A stretch of DNA of 64,000 nt from an uncultured virus (IMG/VR IMGVR_UViG_3300032050_000023). Taxonomy: Duplodnaviria > Heunggongvirae > Uroviricota > Caudoviricetes. Each line of letters starts with the position of its first letter. Position 1 is the first letter of the stretch. Where the stretch lies: IMG/VR virus record IMGVR_UViG_3300032050_000023. One strand, 5' to 3'. Below, piece after piece: positions 10,585 to 20,083 of this stretch. Both the position numbers and the translations under genes were made by a program. Under the pieces are notes generated by a model. That model was not told the origin of the DNA and did no database searches. It saw only the letters and a program-made list of their open reading frames with translations.

Positions 10585-12426
10585 TCAGCTGAATGTTACT
10601 GTTGATAAATTAAGAACACTAACTCTAATATCAACATTTGGGAATCGAACTTGATAAACCTGTGTTGGGTCGGCAAATATTGTATCTGATATCAAACCTA
10701 TTTGTTTTGTTGACGGATTAGAATAAGGTTGTGATGTCTGAGCCGATGAATATTGTCCTCCTACTTTATTAAAGACTTGAATGTCGTCTATAGATAATAC
10801 ACCATTCTCTGATTGTATTTGTCTTCTTAGTTCAGATATATTGACATTTTCACCTAATTGTCTATTAACTGGTGACATATATGTTGAGACTATATCTATT
10901 ATTTTAGCAATTATCGCTCCTTGACTTTGAGATGAATCTAAAACAACCGATATATCAAATCCTAAATCAATCACATTTGCACTTTCAACTGAAATGTAAT
11001 CATTTATCATTCGGTAATTGGAAAGGTAATTTGCAATATTTGTTTTAATTGCATTTGGGGTTACTGATGTTAGTTTTCCACTAGAGTCGTATGAAAGTAT
11101 TTTTATTTTAATTTTATTATTTTCTTCAACTATTGAGACTTTAGAGGGTGCTCCAAACTGTGAGGGCATAGTTCTCAATATAGAATCATAATCGTTAACC
11201 GTCACCGCTCTGTTTTGAGCAGAGAAATTAAACGCAACCAAATTTCTTATTTCTTCTAACGTAGGTGCAGGTGCTCCTCCAATGGCGGCAATTGGGTTCG
11301 AACAACTTAATGAATTTACAGTAGTTGTATTTATAATTTCTGATGGTCCGTTTACAAAAAAGTTACTCCTTTGTACTTGACTAATAACTCCTACACCAAC
11401 ATTACTTGAAACTCCTCCACCAACTCTATACTGTATAAACAAAGTTGAGTTTGATTTTAGCGTACTACCTAATCCTAAATTATCTGAATATTTATTTAGG
11501 TTCAAAACAATCCCATCTCTTGCAAAATCTCTTAATTGATTTTCTGCTGAATTGTTTCCACCACCAAAAGTCATTTTCATAAAACCTTGTGGTGTATATT
11601 CAGTTATAAATTTGTCACTTGTTGTTATATATTTTCCTATCTTTATACCAGGCGCATCAGACGGTTTAGTTGGGTCTTCAACAAAAACTCTATCTTCTAC
11701 TAATGACCTTACTTCATACCACCTATTGGTTGTAGACAAAAATTCTTGGTCTGTGGGAACATTTGTGTAAGCGGTTCCATCTTTGACAATTACACTAGTC
11801 ACACCTAAAACATTTCTTTCGGGTAAAAATAATTCAAAAAATGGTCTAACGTCATTTGGAGTAATGATTCTTTTAAAAACTTTTGTTAAACCGTTAACAA
11901 CAACTTCTCTTTTTGTTATCGTATAATTAAGTAGTCCTCCATCAGCATCAAAATTAGGTCTTACAATTCTTGAGTTTGGTTGTCCTTCCCCATTAAATTG
12001 TGAAGAAAAGTCTATATCGTATACCGTTTCAAATGATTGTCCAGCACCGTTTACTTGTGTTCCTCTTCTTAAAATCCCACAATATCTAATATCTTCTTTA
12101 TCACCAAATGCAGGTACAGTTATAGAAAAATCCACTAATGAAACAGAGGGTCTTTGTCCAGGAATTTTTAAACCATAAGTTCTTGCTATATTATATAATG
12201 AGTTTTTTTGTTGAGCAAATTGTAAAACAGTTTCTTGTAAACTTCTGTCAATTTGATAATTAAGATTATCGGCAACTGCCGCATTCATATCCATCAAAAC
12301 TGAAAATACAGATGCGTCGTTAAAATTTTGTATTAACTCAGGATAATATGTTTTTACAAAATTTATAAGTTCCCCTCTTACTGCTTGGAAGTCCCTTACT
12401 GTATACGAAATCTTTTTTTCTGCCAT
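10585..12426 (-). CDS. Baseplate wedge subunit (T4 gp6 / baseplate J-like)
   Basis: N-terminal RDFQAVRGELINFVKTYYPE...NFNDASVFSVLMD; FGGG, YRVGGG..SNV and QNRAVTVNDY motifs typical of gp6/J. Confidence 0.85.
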   Translation of the reverse strand: MAEKKISYTVRDFQAVRGELINFVKTYYPELIQNFNDASVFSVLMDMNAAVADNLNYQIDRSLQETVLQFAQQKNSLYNIARTYGLKIPGQRPSVSLVDFSITVPAFGDKEDIRYCGILRRGTQVNGAGQSFETVYDIDFSSQFNGEGQPNSRIVRPNFDADGGLLNYTITKREVVVNGLTKVFKRIITPNDVRPFFELFLPERNVLGVTSVIVKDGTAYTNVPTDQEFLSTTNRWYEVRSLVEDRVFVEDPTKPSDAPGIKIGKYITTSDKFITEYTPQGFMKMTFGGGNNSAENQLRDFARDGIVLNLNKYSDNLGLGSTLKSNSTLFIQYRVGGGVSSNVGVGVISQVQRSNFFVNGPSEIINTTTVNSLSCSNPIAAIGGAPAPTLEEIRNLVAFNFSAQNRAVTVNDYDSILRTMPSQFGAPSKVSIVEENNKIKIKILSYDSSGKLTSVTPNAIKTNIANYLSNYRMINDYISVESANVIDLGFDISVVLDSSQSQGAIIAKIIDIVSTYMSPVNRQLGENVNISELRRQIQSENGVLSIDDIQVFNKVGGQYSSAQTSQPYSNPSTKQIGLISDTIFADPTQVYQVRFPNVDIRVSVLNLSTVTFS

Positions 12427-12432
12427 ATAATA

Positions 12433-12891
12433 TTAAATATTCAAAATAATGAAATCTCCACTTTCGAAAGATTCACTAGTTATTTTATAATCTATTCTAA
12501 CTTTTGCCGTATGTTCTAATTGACCAATGTTAGGAACTGTGAATTCTTTTTGGTCATTACCACTAATATACGTACCTTTATTTTCTAATTCTGTAGATGC
12601 GTCTGTGATTTTAATGTTGGTAATCAATACTCCAGGCATATATTGTTCGACAGAATCTCTAATTTCTGATTCTATCTCAGCGAATGTGGGTCCATCTAAT
12701 GGTTCAAAAATATATTCATATATTCTTGTTCCAAAATCAGGTAAATAATATCTAGACCCCTTTCTTGTTAATAATAAGTGTGTTAAATTAGAACGAACTT
12801 CTTCTGATGAATAGTCAGTTAAATCTAAAAACTTCCCATTGAAGGAATCTCTAAAGGGGAAGGTAATACCATATGTTACTCCATTTGCCAT
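12433..12891 (-). CDS. Baseplate wedge protein, gp25/GPW-like
   Basis: NLTHLLLTRKGSRYYLPDFGTRIYEYIFEP motif; adjacent to the gp6-like gene. Confidence 0.88.
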   Translation of the reverse strand: MANGVTYGITFPFRDSFNGKFLDLTDYSSEEVRSNLTHLLLTRKGSRYYLPDFGTRIYEYIFEPLDGPTFAEIESEIRDSVEQYMPGVLITNIKITDASTELENKGTYISGNDQKEFTVPNIGQLEHTAKVRIDYKITSESFESGDFIILNI

Positions 12892-12924
12892 ATCATATAA
12901 ATATAAACCTCATTATTTTTATAT

Positions 12925-12954
12925 AAACAAGAAATCACTGTTTTCACAGTGATT
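12925..12954 (-). terminator. Intrinsic terminator closing the replication/RNR operon
   Basis: Minus strand AATCACTG-TGAAAA-CAGTGATT followed by TCTTGTTT. Confidence 0.6.
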
Positions 12955-13165
12955 CCTTTAATGTTGTATTACCTTTTTTATGTTTGGGTTCATATGGACA
13001 ATGGAGACAACCTGAACCACAACAACTTCCTCTTTTTTTGTGATAAAATTCCGTCATAACCATCTTACCGTCTTTCCAATAAAAGTCTGTATCCTGTAAT
13101 TTAGGTTTTATAAATTCCCTAATATACATTTCTTGTATCCAATCTTTTGATGCCCCTACATTCAT
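12944..13165 (-). CDS. Small Cys-rich protein, DUF5522-like
   Basis: FYWKDGKMVMTEFYHKKRGSCCGSGCLHCPY matches the DUF5522 pattern (RGxCCGxGCxHCPY). Confidence 0.75.
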   Translation of the reverse strand: MNVGASKDWIQEMYIREFIKPKLQDTDFYWKDGKMVMTEFYHKKRGSCCGSGCLHCPYEPKHKKGNTTLKESL

Positions 13166-13166
13166 A

Positions 13167-13247
13167 TTAATTTTTTTTTCTTAAATTATACAACGCCAAC
13201 AGTATTTGATATGTTAGCGTTGTATTATTACCCCATTGTACTTTCAT
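13167..13247 (-). CDS. 26-aa mini-ORF (MKVQWGNNTTLTYQILLALYNLRKKN) overlapping an RNA hairpin
   Basis: ATG at 13247, TAA at 13167-13169; fills the gap between nrdJ and the DUF5522-like gene almost exactly. Confidence 0.45.
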   Translation of the reverse strand: MKVQWGNNTTLTYQILLALYNLRKKN

Positions 13248-13250
13248 TTC

Positions 13251-15110
13251 TTAAACAATTTCACAAGCTCCGCCAGCACAAGCTACTTCACCTCTTAAAT
13301 CTGTATTGTCTTGTAACTCGATAACTTTTGTTAAATCAACATCTTTCAAAGTGTTAACTAATCTTTCAAAATCTTCTTTTGTACAATCTTCAAATGGAGC
13401 TTGTGTGTAAGTTCCTCCGTTATAAGGTAGAACAGACAAACCATTGTAGTATTTTCTGTTTTTCCACATCCAATCACCTACAAGTTCCCATTCATCTTCT
13501 TTGATTGAAACTGTCGCTGATACATTATGTGAGTTCTGTCCACCTCTGTGTCCACTTCTTACCCACTCTTGTGATACTTTCTTAACTCTTTCCAACATTT
13601 GGAACACAGATTCGTATCGTAGAATTGAACCTTCAGGTGCCATTTGAGGGATAGTAATTACAGCTGTATCATGAGGACGGAAGTATTCGTCTTCTACCAA
13701 CTCTGGATGGTTGATTGCAAGATAAGAATAAATCGCTTCATTCTTACCAACACGGATTCTTCTCAAATAATAGTCATTATGCCAAGCGTGAATTCCTGAA
13801 GAAGTTCCCAATACTAATGATGATGTCCCTGAAGGTTTAACGGTTGTTGTTCTTGCTGCTTTATTAATTCCGATGAGGTTTGCAACTCTTTCGTTTTCTT
13901 CTTTTACCGCCTGTGCCGCAGCTTTCATATCATAACCTAAAACAACACCAGAACCAATACCTGTCATACCAACACCAATAAGTGCGTCTTTTTCTGTTGT
14001 TCTTTTCCATACATCACGTAGGTAGTGGAAGTCAGTATATCCCGCTTGTAGTGTTCCGATGAATGCGGCACCTCTAACTCTTTTTTCAAAATCTTCTTGT
14101 GACTCAATGTCCGAAGCGTTTACCTCACACAAGTTACAGAATTGATAAGGACGAAGCCCAATTTCACAACAAGGGTTTGTTCCCCAATCTTTGTCATTTG
14201 ACAAGTAGATTCCTGGCTCTCCTGCTCCTGACAATTCAATTCGTTTCCAAAGTTCCATAAAATATTCTTGTGTTACTTTGTGACGAAGAAGAACTGCTGA
14301 GTTATTTGCTCTACCTCTTTGTGGATTGTTCTCCCACCAATTACCTGACTTACAAGAAATCATTTCATCATCATCAGCACTGAATAATGAGATAAGTGCC
14401 GCTCTACGAATACCACCTGCTAATACCGCATCTGCAATATGACATACAATATCGTGAGTTTCAATCGGGGTTAGTTTTTCTCCTTCTTGTTTTGCGTCCA
14501 ACACTTTTGTAATGTTATGAATACAATCTTTAAGTGGTTGAGGTCCTGGTGCTTTTCCTCCTGATGTTACAAGTAACGCTCCTTTATGACGAATATCAGA
14601 AAAATCAAACACAGGTGTAGATGATTTTGTCCCCAAGTATGATTCAATTAATACTTTAATAGCATCTGCCCATCCTTCGATTGAATCTCCGATGAGGTAT
14701 CTTCTTGTTCTGTTTGGATTTGGTTTTTTTATTTCAGGTAGTTTATCTACGTGGTGTTTTTGAACTGAGAATCCAACTCCTGTTCCACCTAATAATAGGA
14801 ACATAGTTTCTGCAAACGCATCTGTATGGTCGATTGGTAAGTAAGCACAATTGTAAACTCTGTTTGGCGAGATTTCAATTGGTTTACCACCAAATTGTAA
14901 TGATCTCATTGATGGAAGAATTTTTTTATCATATACCATTTGATATACTTCTTCAATCTGATCTTTGATTTGTGGGTATTTCTTTTGGTGCATCTCTTTG
15001 TTTCGTGTCACCAATTCTTCCCATGTTTCCCTTCTATTTAATTCGGGAATAAATTTAGCGTATTTCATATACACTGTAATATCACTCAATATTTTTTGCG
15101 AAATATCCAT
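13251..15110 (-). CDS. nrdJ: Class II (adenosylcobalamin-dependent) ribonucleotide reductase, monomeric RTPR-like
   Basis: LPSMRSLQFGG, NCAY, GTNPCCEI (thiyl radical Cys), TTVKPSGT and C-terminal CAGGAC redox pair; no NrdB partner in the window; ATG at 15110. Confidence 0.92.
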   Translation of the reverse strand: MDISQKILSDITVYMKYAKFIPELNRRETWEELVTRNKEMHQKKYPQIKDQIEEVYQMVYDKKILPSMRSLQFGGKPIEISPNRVYNCAYLPIDHTDAFAETMFLLLGGTGVGFSVQKHHVDKLPEIKKPNPNRTRRYLIGDSIEGWADAIKVLIESYLGTKSSTPVFDFSDIRHKGALLVTSGGKAPGPQPLKDCIHNITKVLDAKQEGEKLTPIETHDIVCHIADAVLAGGIRRAALISLFSADDDEMISCKSGNWWENNPQRGRANNSAVLLRHKVTQEYFMELWKRIELSGAGEPGIYLSNDKDWGTNPCCEIGLRPYQFCNLCEVNASDIESQEDFEKRVRGAAFIGTLQAGYTDFHYLRDVWKRTTEKDALIGVGMTGIGSGVVLGYDMKAAAQAVKEENERVANLIGINKAARTTTVKPSGTSSLVLGTSSGIHAWHNDYYLRRIRVGKNEAIYSYLAINHPELVEDEYFRPHDTAVITIPQMAPEGSILRYESVFQMLERVKKVSQEWVRSGHRGGQNSHNVSATVSIKEDEWELVGDWMWKNRKYYNGLSVLPYNGGTYTQAPFEDCTKEDFERLVNTLKDVDLTKVIELQDNTDLRGEVACAGGACEIV

Positions 15111-15137
15111 TTTTAACAAATTTAATAATTTTTATTT

Positions 15138-16520
15138 TTATCCTTGATTATTTTCCCGTTGTTTTTTCTTTTCTAACAACTCCCTAACTCTTTGTCGTTG
15201 TCTTTCTTCTTTTTGTTCTTCCAAACCTAAAAACGTTGTTGTACTTTCGGTATCAATTTCAATCATAGCATTGTCGAATTTACAATTTTCGAATACAACA
15301 CCATCATCACCTATCCTTGATTTTGTAATTGCAATTGTAGCCAACTTCATCTCTTTTTGTTGTAATGTCTTGGCCACTGTTATAATAACGTGTCCAACTT
15401 GTGCCTTTTTAATAGAACCACCCATTTGGTCTGTGGTTACTACTTCAGATGAAATTGAGTTTCTATTTCCTTGTGTTGCTGTCCAACCAACTATGTTAAG
15501 TTCGTGACACATCGCCTCAAACGCTCTCATGACAGAACCTTCACTTTTCCATTCATCACCTAAGTTTTTGTCAGGAACAACACAATCTATATAATCCAAA
15601 ACAATCATGTCAATTTTTGTACCATCAGCAATCATCTTACGAATTTCATTCTTAATTTGTAACATTGTTTTTTGATCTGACGGTAATTTTTTTAATATTA
15701 GTTCATTTGGCATAGAACTTTTAATATCCCTAACCTTTGTCATAACCTCTTCTTTTTTGTTTGACAATTCATCAGGATGAATCTTAGTCCAAAGTGTAAA
15801 ATGTTTTCTTTGAATTACTTTTGGATTGTCTTCAAAAAACACTTGTAAAACGTTAAAACCTAAGTTAAATGCGTGGTTTGAAATCTTTGTTAACACTGTT
15901 GATTTACCAACTCCTGTTGGTGCAAGTATTACACCTATTTCACCTTTTGCTAAACCACCTTTAAGTAGTCTATCAATTCCTGGTATACCCATAGGAATTG
16001 GGTGTCTGTAATCCTCCTCAAGAACTTGGTCTAAGTTTGAAAAGACATCCATCATTGTTGTGTCTTTTGAACCTACTAGCAGTGCGTCTCTAACCATTTC
16101 TTCAAGGGTGTCGTAGTTTTCAAACTCACCCCCGTCAATGATTTTTTGTGCTTTTTTCATAACCTTCTGTAGTTCCTGTTGTTTACAGAATTTCAGAGCC
16201 TTTTCTTGTACGAAATCTACACCATCGATAGGTGCGTCCTTAATTTTTTTAATTGTATCAAGAACAATCTTTGATGCTGTTTCTTGTTGTAACTCTGATT
16301 TTGTGATTTGCTCAAGAGTATCAAAGGATGGTGTGTGTTCATACTTTTTATGATACTCTTTAATCATTTGAATGATAATTTTAAAGTATTTATTTTCAAA
16401 ATAATCATTCTCAATAACGTCCACAATAGTGTGTGAAAAGTTTTTGTCTAAGATGATTTGGTTAAGTAATTGAAGTTGAAAATTGTTTCCTAAGTACTCG
16501 AAGTTTTTGTTTGTCGCCAT
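15138..16520 (-). CDS. dnaB: Replicative DNA helicase (DnaB / T4 gp41-like)
   Basis: Walker A APTGVGKST, IVLDYID Walker B, TATQGNR, KSRIG. Confidence 0.92.
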   Translation of the reverse strand: MATNKNFEYLGNNFQLQLLNQIILDKNFSHTIVDVIENDYFENKYFKIIIQMIKEYHKKYEHTPSFDTLEQITKSELQQETASKIVLDTIKKIKDAPIDGVDFVQEKALKFCKQQELQKVMKKAQKIIDGGEFENYDTLEEMVRDALLVGSKDTTMMDVFSNLDQVLEEDYRHPIPMGIPGIDRLLKGGLAKGEIGVILAPTGVGKSTVLTKISNHAFNLGFNVLQVFFEDNPKVIQRKHFTLWTKIHPDELSNKKEEVMTKVRDIKSSMPNELILKKLPSDQKTMLQIKNEIRKMIADGTKIDMIVLDYIDCVVPDKNLGDEWKSEGSVMRAFEAMCHELNIVGWTATQGNRNSISSEVVTTDQMGGSIKKAQVGHVIITVAKTLQQKEMKLATIAITKSRIGDDGVVFENCKFDNAMIEIDTESTTTFLGLEEQKEERQRQRVRELLEKKKQRENNQG

Positions 16521-16559
16521 AAATTGTTCTACTGTTAGTAATGATAAATACTACTGAAA

Positions 16560-17003
16560 TTAGATTAATTCGGGATAAAAATAATTAAAATTTTTGCCTG
16601 AAAAAATGTCAGTCAGGTCACTGAGTATACTTTTCAAGTTTGGTCTAAGGTCCACAGTATATCTAACCTTTGGGGGGTACAATTTAGCGTTAAAGGTTCT
16701 CTGACAAATTGTCATATCTCCAACCTTTATAAACAAATTAAAGTTTTCTTCACCCTCTGTGATAGATGTGTTTAGAACTTCAGGGTTTTCTGTAATTTCA
16801 TACTGATTGTCCATCATGTAAACAACTGTTCTCATTTTTAAATCATACTGTAGTTTGTTACAAAAACTTCTAATGTAGTTGTACAATTCTTCTGATTTAG
16901 ATGCACTTCTATTAAACCCCTTAACATTGAAGAATCTTTGTACTACAATGTTGTCGTTACATTTCAACAAAAACTCTACTTTTGTTACTTCTTGATCTCT
17001 CAT
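16560..17003 (-). CDS. Hypothetical protein in the replication operon (147 aa)
   Basis: ORF between the exonuclease and helicase genes. Confidence 0.7.
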   Translation of the reverse strand: MRDQEVTKVEFLLKCNDNIVVQRFFNVKGFNRSASKSEELYNYIRSFCNKLQYDLKMRTVVYMMDNQYEITENPEVLNTSITEGEENFNLFIKVGDMTICQRTFNAKLYPPKVRYTVDLRPNLKSILSDLTDIFSGKNFNYFYPELI

Positions 17004-17015
17004 AAATTTTGTTTT

Positions 17016-18023
17016 TTACTTTTTGTTTCTAAATTTTGTTTTTTCTTTTCTAGAAAGTTTTAAAAATGGTTTCAAAAAATTTACCCACGCTTCATCACCT
17101 TTTGGTAAAAATTTAAAGAATCCGTCTTCCATCATCATTCTAATTAAGTTTCGGTGTCCTCTTCCGTCTGGATCCATTGACTCTGAGTGATACATCCTAA
17201 CTAACTCTTTTCCTTCCTCAGAAATTAATGGTTCTGATAAATCAACTAACTTCTTATTGATGATAAAAAACTCTTCCCCAAATATCCCCTCTTTGGTTTT
17301 TCCACTGAGTAGATTTTTCAAAGCGACATTATCTTTTTGTTCTTTGAGTAATTGTTCACCTTTTGATAAAATATCGTTAAATGAAACTTCTTTTTCAAGG
17401 ATTTCAGGAAATAATTTAATAAATGTTTTTTCTCCTAAATAATAAATCCCATCGATGTTATCTGAACTATCACCTGTAAGAATTTTGTATGTTTTAATAT
17501 TATAATGTGGAATTTCAGCATCGTATAATTTGATGTTGTCCCCATTAACATAATATTTTTTTTGTTGTGGTGAATATATTTTTACTTTCTCTGAAATGAG
17601 CTGTGTTAAATCTCTATCAGACGAAAATATTGTTTTTTCCTCATCTTCAGATATCTGACAATAATACGCAATTAAATCGTCGGCTTCTGAATTTGGAAAT
17701 TCGACTTGTCTAACAAACATCTCTTCAAGATATTGTTTAACTCTGACTTTTTGATTTGAAAAAGACTCTTCTTTAAATTCGTTTTCAGATGACTTTCTAT
17801 TAAGTTTGTATTTGGGATAGAGTAATCTTCTCTGCGAAGAACTAGTTTCACTATCCCAAAATACAACTACCTTATTGAAATTTGTTTCCTCTAAAAATCT
17901 TCTTAACGTGTTAAGAAAGTGCCAAGTACCACCGACGTGTTCTCCTTTGTGGAAAAAATCCCTAACTCCATGAAATCCGATTTTTAATAAGTTGTTTCCG
18001 TCAACTAATAATGTTTTAGTCAT
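17016..18023 (-). CDS. 5'-3' exonuclease / T4 RNase H-like (FEN family)
   Basis: LLVDGNNL, RRLLYPKYKLNR, EADDLIA, SSDRDLTQL and GDSSDNIDGI motifs. Confidence 0.92.
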   Translation of the reverse strand: MTKTLLVDGNNLLKIGFHGVRDFFHKGEHVGGTWHFLNTLRRFLEETNFNKVVVFWDSETSSSQRRLLYPKYKLNRKSSENEFKEESFSNQKVRVKQYLEEMFVRQVEFPNSEADDLIAYYCQISEDEEKTIFSSDRDLTQLISEKVKIYSPQQKKYYVNGDNIKLYDAEIPHYNIKTYKILTGDSSDNIDGIYYLGEKTFIKLFPEILEKEVSFNDILSKGEQLLKEQKDNVALKNLLSGKTKEGIFGEEFFIINKKLVDLSEPLISEEGKELVRMYHSESMDPDGRGHRNLIRMMMEDGFFKFLPKGDEAWVNFLKPFLKLSRKEKTKFRNKK

Positions 18024-18043
18024 TTGACTAATTTAAAAGGTTC

Positions 18044-19051
18044 TTACTCTACTTCTTCTTTTTCTGTTTTCAAATCAAAATCACCTTCAACTCCGATAAT
18101 CGTTTTCCAATAATCGGCATATTCTTTTTTGTAATTTTCAATCGATGCCTTTTCTTCTGTCGTATCTTTGCCAGGTAAAAATCCGTGTGGTGTTACTATA
18201 ATTTTACCATCTTCAAATCCAAGTCCATTGATGTGGTTTTTCATGACAGATACTTTTGTTCTTGAAGCGAACTTAACAGTTCTCTTGTCTTTGGTTGCAG
18301 TAATCTTTGTTGTTCCCGCACCTTTTTGATTACCAAACAAGAACACTAAAGACGAATTTAACCAAACCGCTTCACCACCTTTTGCTTTAATTTTTGGTTG
18401 TCCAAAAGGATTGTCAGGTAATTCAACCCAAGGCTGATTAACAATGATTAATGTGTTTTCGAACTTTGATTCTGACTTTCTTGACCCTGAAATTCTTTGG
18501 TTGATTCCCATACCGATTTTATCGGCAAGAACTGAAGCATTGTGTTGTTTACCACCTTTACCTTCATATGTCATTTTACAAGGAACAGAACCTACTGAGT
18601 CCCATAGAAAACATAAATCATATTCCAACTCACCCTTTTCTTGTGCGTCTAACATATCATTGATAAAATCTGTAATCTGTTCGATATAATCAAAGTTGTT
18701 GTTAAAAATGTAAAACCCGTCCCAATCAAGTTCTCCTGTTTCTTCGTCTACTACTTCCTCACACTGAAACCCCATTAACTTCGCGTGTTCAAAACTCCAC
18801 TTTTGTTCTGTAATAATGAATACAGGTAGTATTCCTTTCTTTTGAGCATCAACCGCAGTTTTTACAAGTGCGGTAGTTTTACCTGTATCAGAGTGACCTA
18901 AGAACATATTAATGTGTCCAATAGCAGGACCTGGAAGTCCAACCGCATCTAAAAAAGATTGTCCTAAATCAAAGAATCTTTGTGGTTTGTATTTTGCTGA
19001 AGTTGAGAATTTTTTCTTCAGTGAACTAAAATCATTTTTTTTAATTGCCAT
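18044..19051 (-). CDS. recA: RecA/UvsX-like recombinase
   Basis: GHSDTGKTT Walker A, LWDSVGS Walker B, IIVNQ, KAKGG, KNHI. Confidence 0.88.
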   Translation of the reverse strand: MAIKKNDFSSLKKKFSTSAKYKPQRFFDLGQSFLDAVGLPGPAIGHINMFLGHSDTGKTTALVKTAVDAQKKGILPVFIITEQKWSFEHAKLMGFQCEEVVDEETGELDWDGFYIFNNNFDYIEQITDFINDMLDAQEKGELEYDLCFLWDSVGSVPCKMTYEGKGGKQHNASVLADKIGMGINQRISGSRKSESKFENTLIIVNQPWVELPDNPFGQPKIKAKGGEAVWLNSSLVFLFGNQKGAGTTKITATKDKRTVKFASRTKVSVMKNHINGLGFEDGKIIVTPHGFLPGKDTTEEKASIENYKKEYADYWKTIIGVEGDFDLKTEKEEVE

Positions 19052-19070
19052 ATTTTTTATTAAAAAATAG

Positions 19071-19103
19071 AAAAAAACACCGACATTGTAAATCGGTGTT
19101 TTT
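19071..19103. terminator. Hairpin/terminator between the SSB and recA genes (could act in both directions)
   Basis: AAAAACACCGA-cattgtaaa-TCGGTGTTTTT with A and T runs on either side. Confidence 0.65.
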
Positions 19104-19116
19104 GTGTTTGTGAATA

Positions 19117-19977
19117 TTAAAATGGTAACTCTTCGTCGATGTCATCATTAGCTTGAGGGTCTTCTACTTTCTTTGATTCACTTTTAGAACCTCCCATAGA
19201 AATTTCACCTTCTTCAGAATTTGAGTATACATAACCTCCTTTATCTGAATCCCATCTTGGTGTTTCTCCTCGCGCAATCGCCTCAAGGTATTCAGTTGGC
19301 TTTTTAGAATATACATCCTCCCAAGTCAACTCGTCAGATAACCATTCAGACATTACTTCTTCATCTTCGTGGATTGGTGTTGGGTCATCATACATAACTG
19401 TTTGAATCACAGTGTAAAAAGCCCCTTTTGGTGTTTTTGCCTTTGTAAGTTCAAGGATTAAATCTCTTCCTTTATCAGCGTCGGCAACGTCTCCTTTTGC
19501 TTTATAGATTGGTATGATTTTATCAAAAATCCCTTCTTGTTTGTAATTGTGTTTAAATCTCCAAAACTTAGGTCCGTCTTGTTCGTTATCACGATCGATT
19601 ACTTTAACAATATAAAACTTACGTGGTTTGTATTGTTTTGCAAGTTCTTTATCAGAATCTCTACCTGTTGACATAAGCTCATCATGTACTTCATTAAGTG
19701 GAGAACGTTCGTTATCATTCTTTCCTGGATCGTAGAACTTTTGCCATTTTCCATCAACTAAAATTTCATGAAACCATACTTCTTTGAATGGTGATGAACC
19801 GTCTGTGGTAGGGAGGATTCGGATTCTTTTTTGTCCTTGTTTTTCGCTTTCTTTAAGGATAGCCGCGAAATATTTTTTCATTCTTTCTTCTTGTGACATT
19901 TTTGAAGTGGAAGAAGAACCACTTTGTTTTGAACTTTCGTACTGAGCCAAAACCGCATCTAAGACATTTGTCGCCAT
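19117..19977 (-). CDS. Single-stranded DNA-binding protein (T4 gp32-like)
   Basis: IRILP...PFKEVWFH, VKVIDRD, GRDLILE and acidic C-terminal tail ending DDIDEELPF; next to recA. Confidence 0.8.
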   Translation of the reverse strand: MATNVLDAVLAQYESSKQSGSSSTSKMSQEERMKKYFAAILKESEKQGQKRIRILPTTDGSSPFKEVWFHEILVDGKWQKFYDPGKNDNERSPLNEVHDELMSTGRDSDKELAKQYKPRKFYIVKVIDRDNEQDGPKFWRFKHNYKQEGIFDKIIPIYKAKGDVADADKGRDLILELTKAKTPKGAFYTVIQTVMYDDPTPIHEDEEVMSEWLSDELTWEDVYSKKPTEYLEAIARGETPRWDSDKGGYVYSNSEEGEISMGGSKSESKKVEDPQANDDIDEELPF

Positions 19978-20008
19978 ATATTTGTGTTATTAAAAGTTTA
20001 CAAGTTAA

Positions 20009-20037
20009 AATATAAATTATAAAAGTGTCGCAGTCAA
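20009..20037 (-). promoter_or_regulatory. Sigma70-like promoter for the SSB/replication operon
   Basis: Minus strand TTGACT-N17-TATATT about 30 nt upstream of the SSB start. Confidence 0.65.
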
Positions 20038-20049
20038 TATAGTTGTTAA

Positions 20050-20083
20050 AATTTTTGAAAGGGACATCCTTGTCCCTTTCAAA
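20050..20083 (-). terminator. Intrinsic terminator ending the tail/baseplate-hub transcript
   Basis: Perfect 13-bp inverted repeat TTTGAAAGGGACA-tcct-TGTCCCTTTCAAA directly after the 20084 stop. Confidence 0.65.

Noticed and set aside
15110..15140. Cobalamin riboswitch upstream of nrdJ
   Set aside because: The intergenic gap is under 30 nt and AT-only; there is no room for a B12 element.
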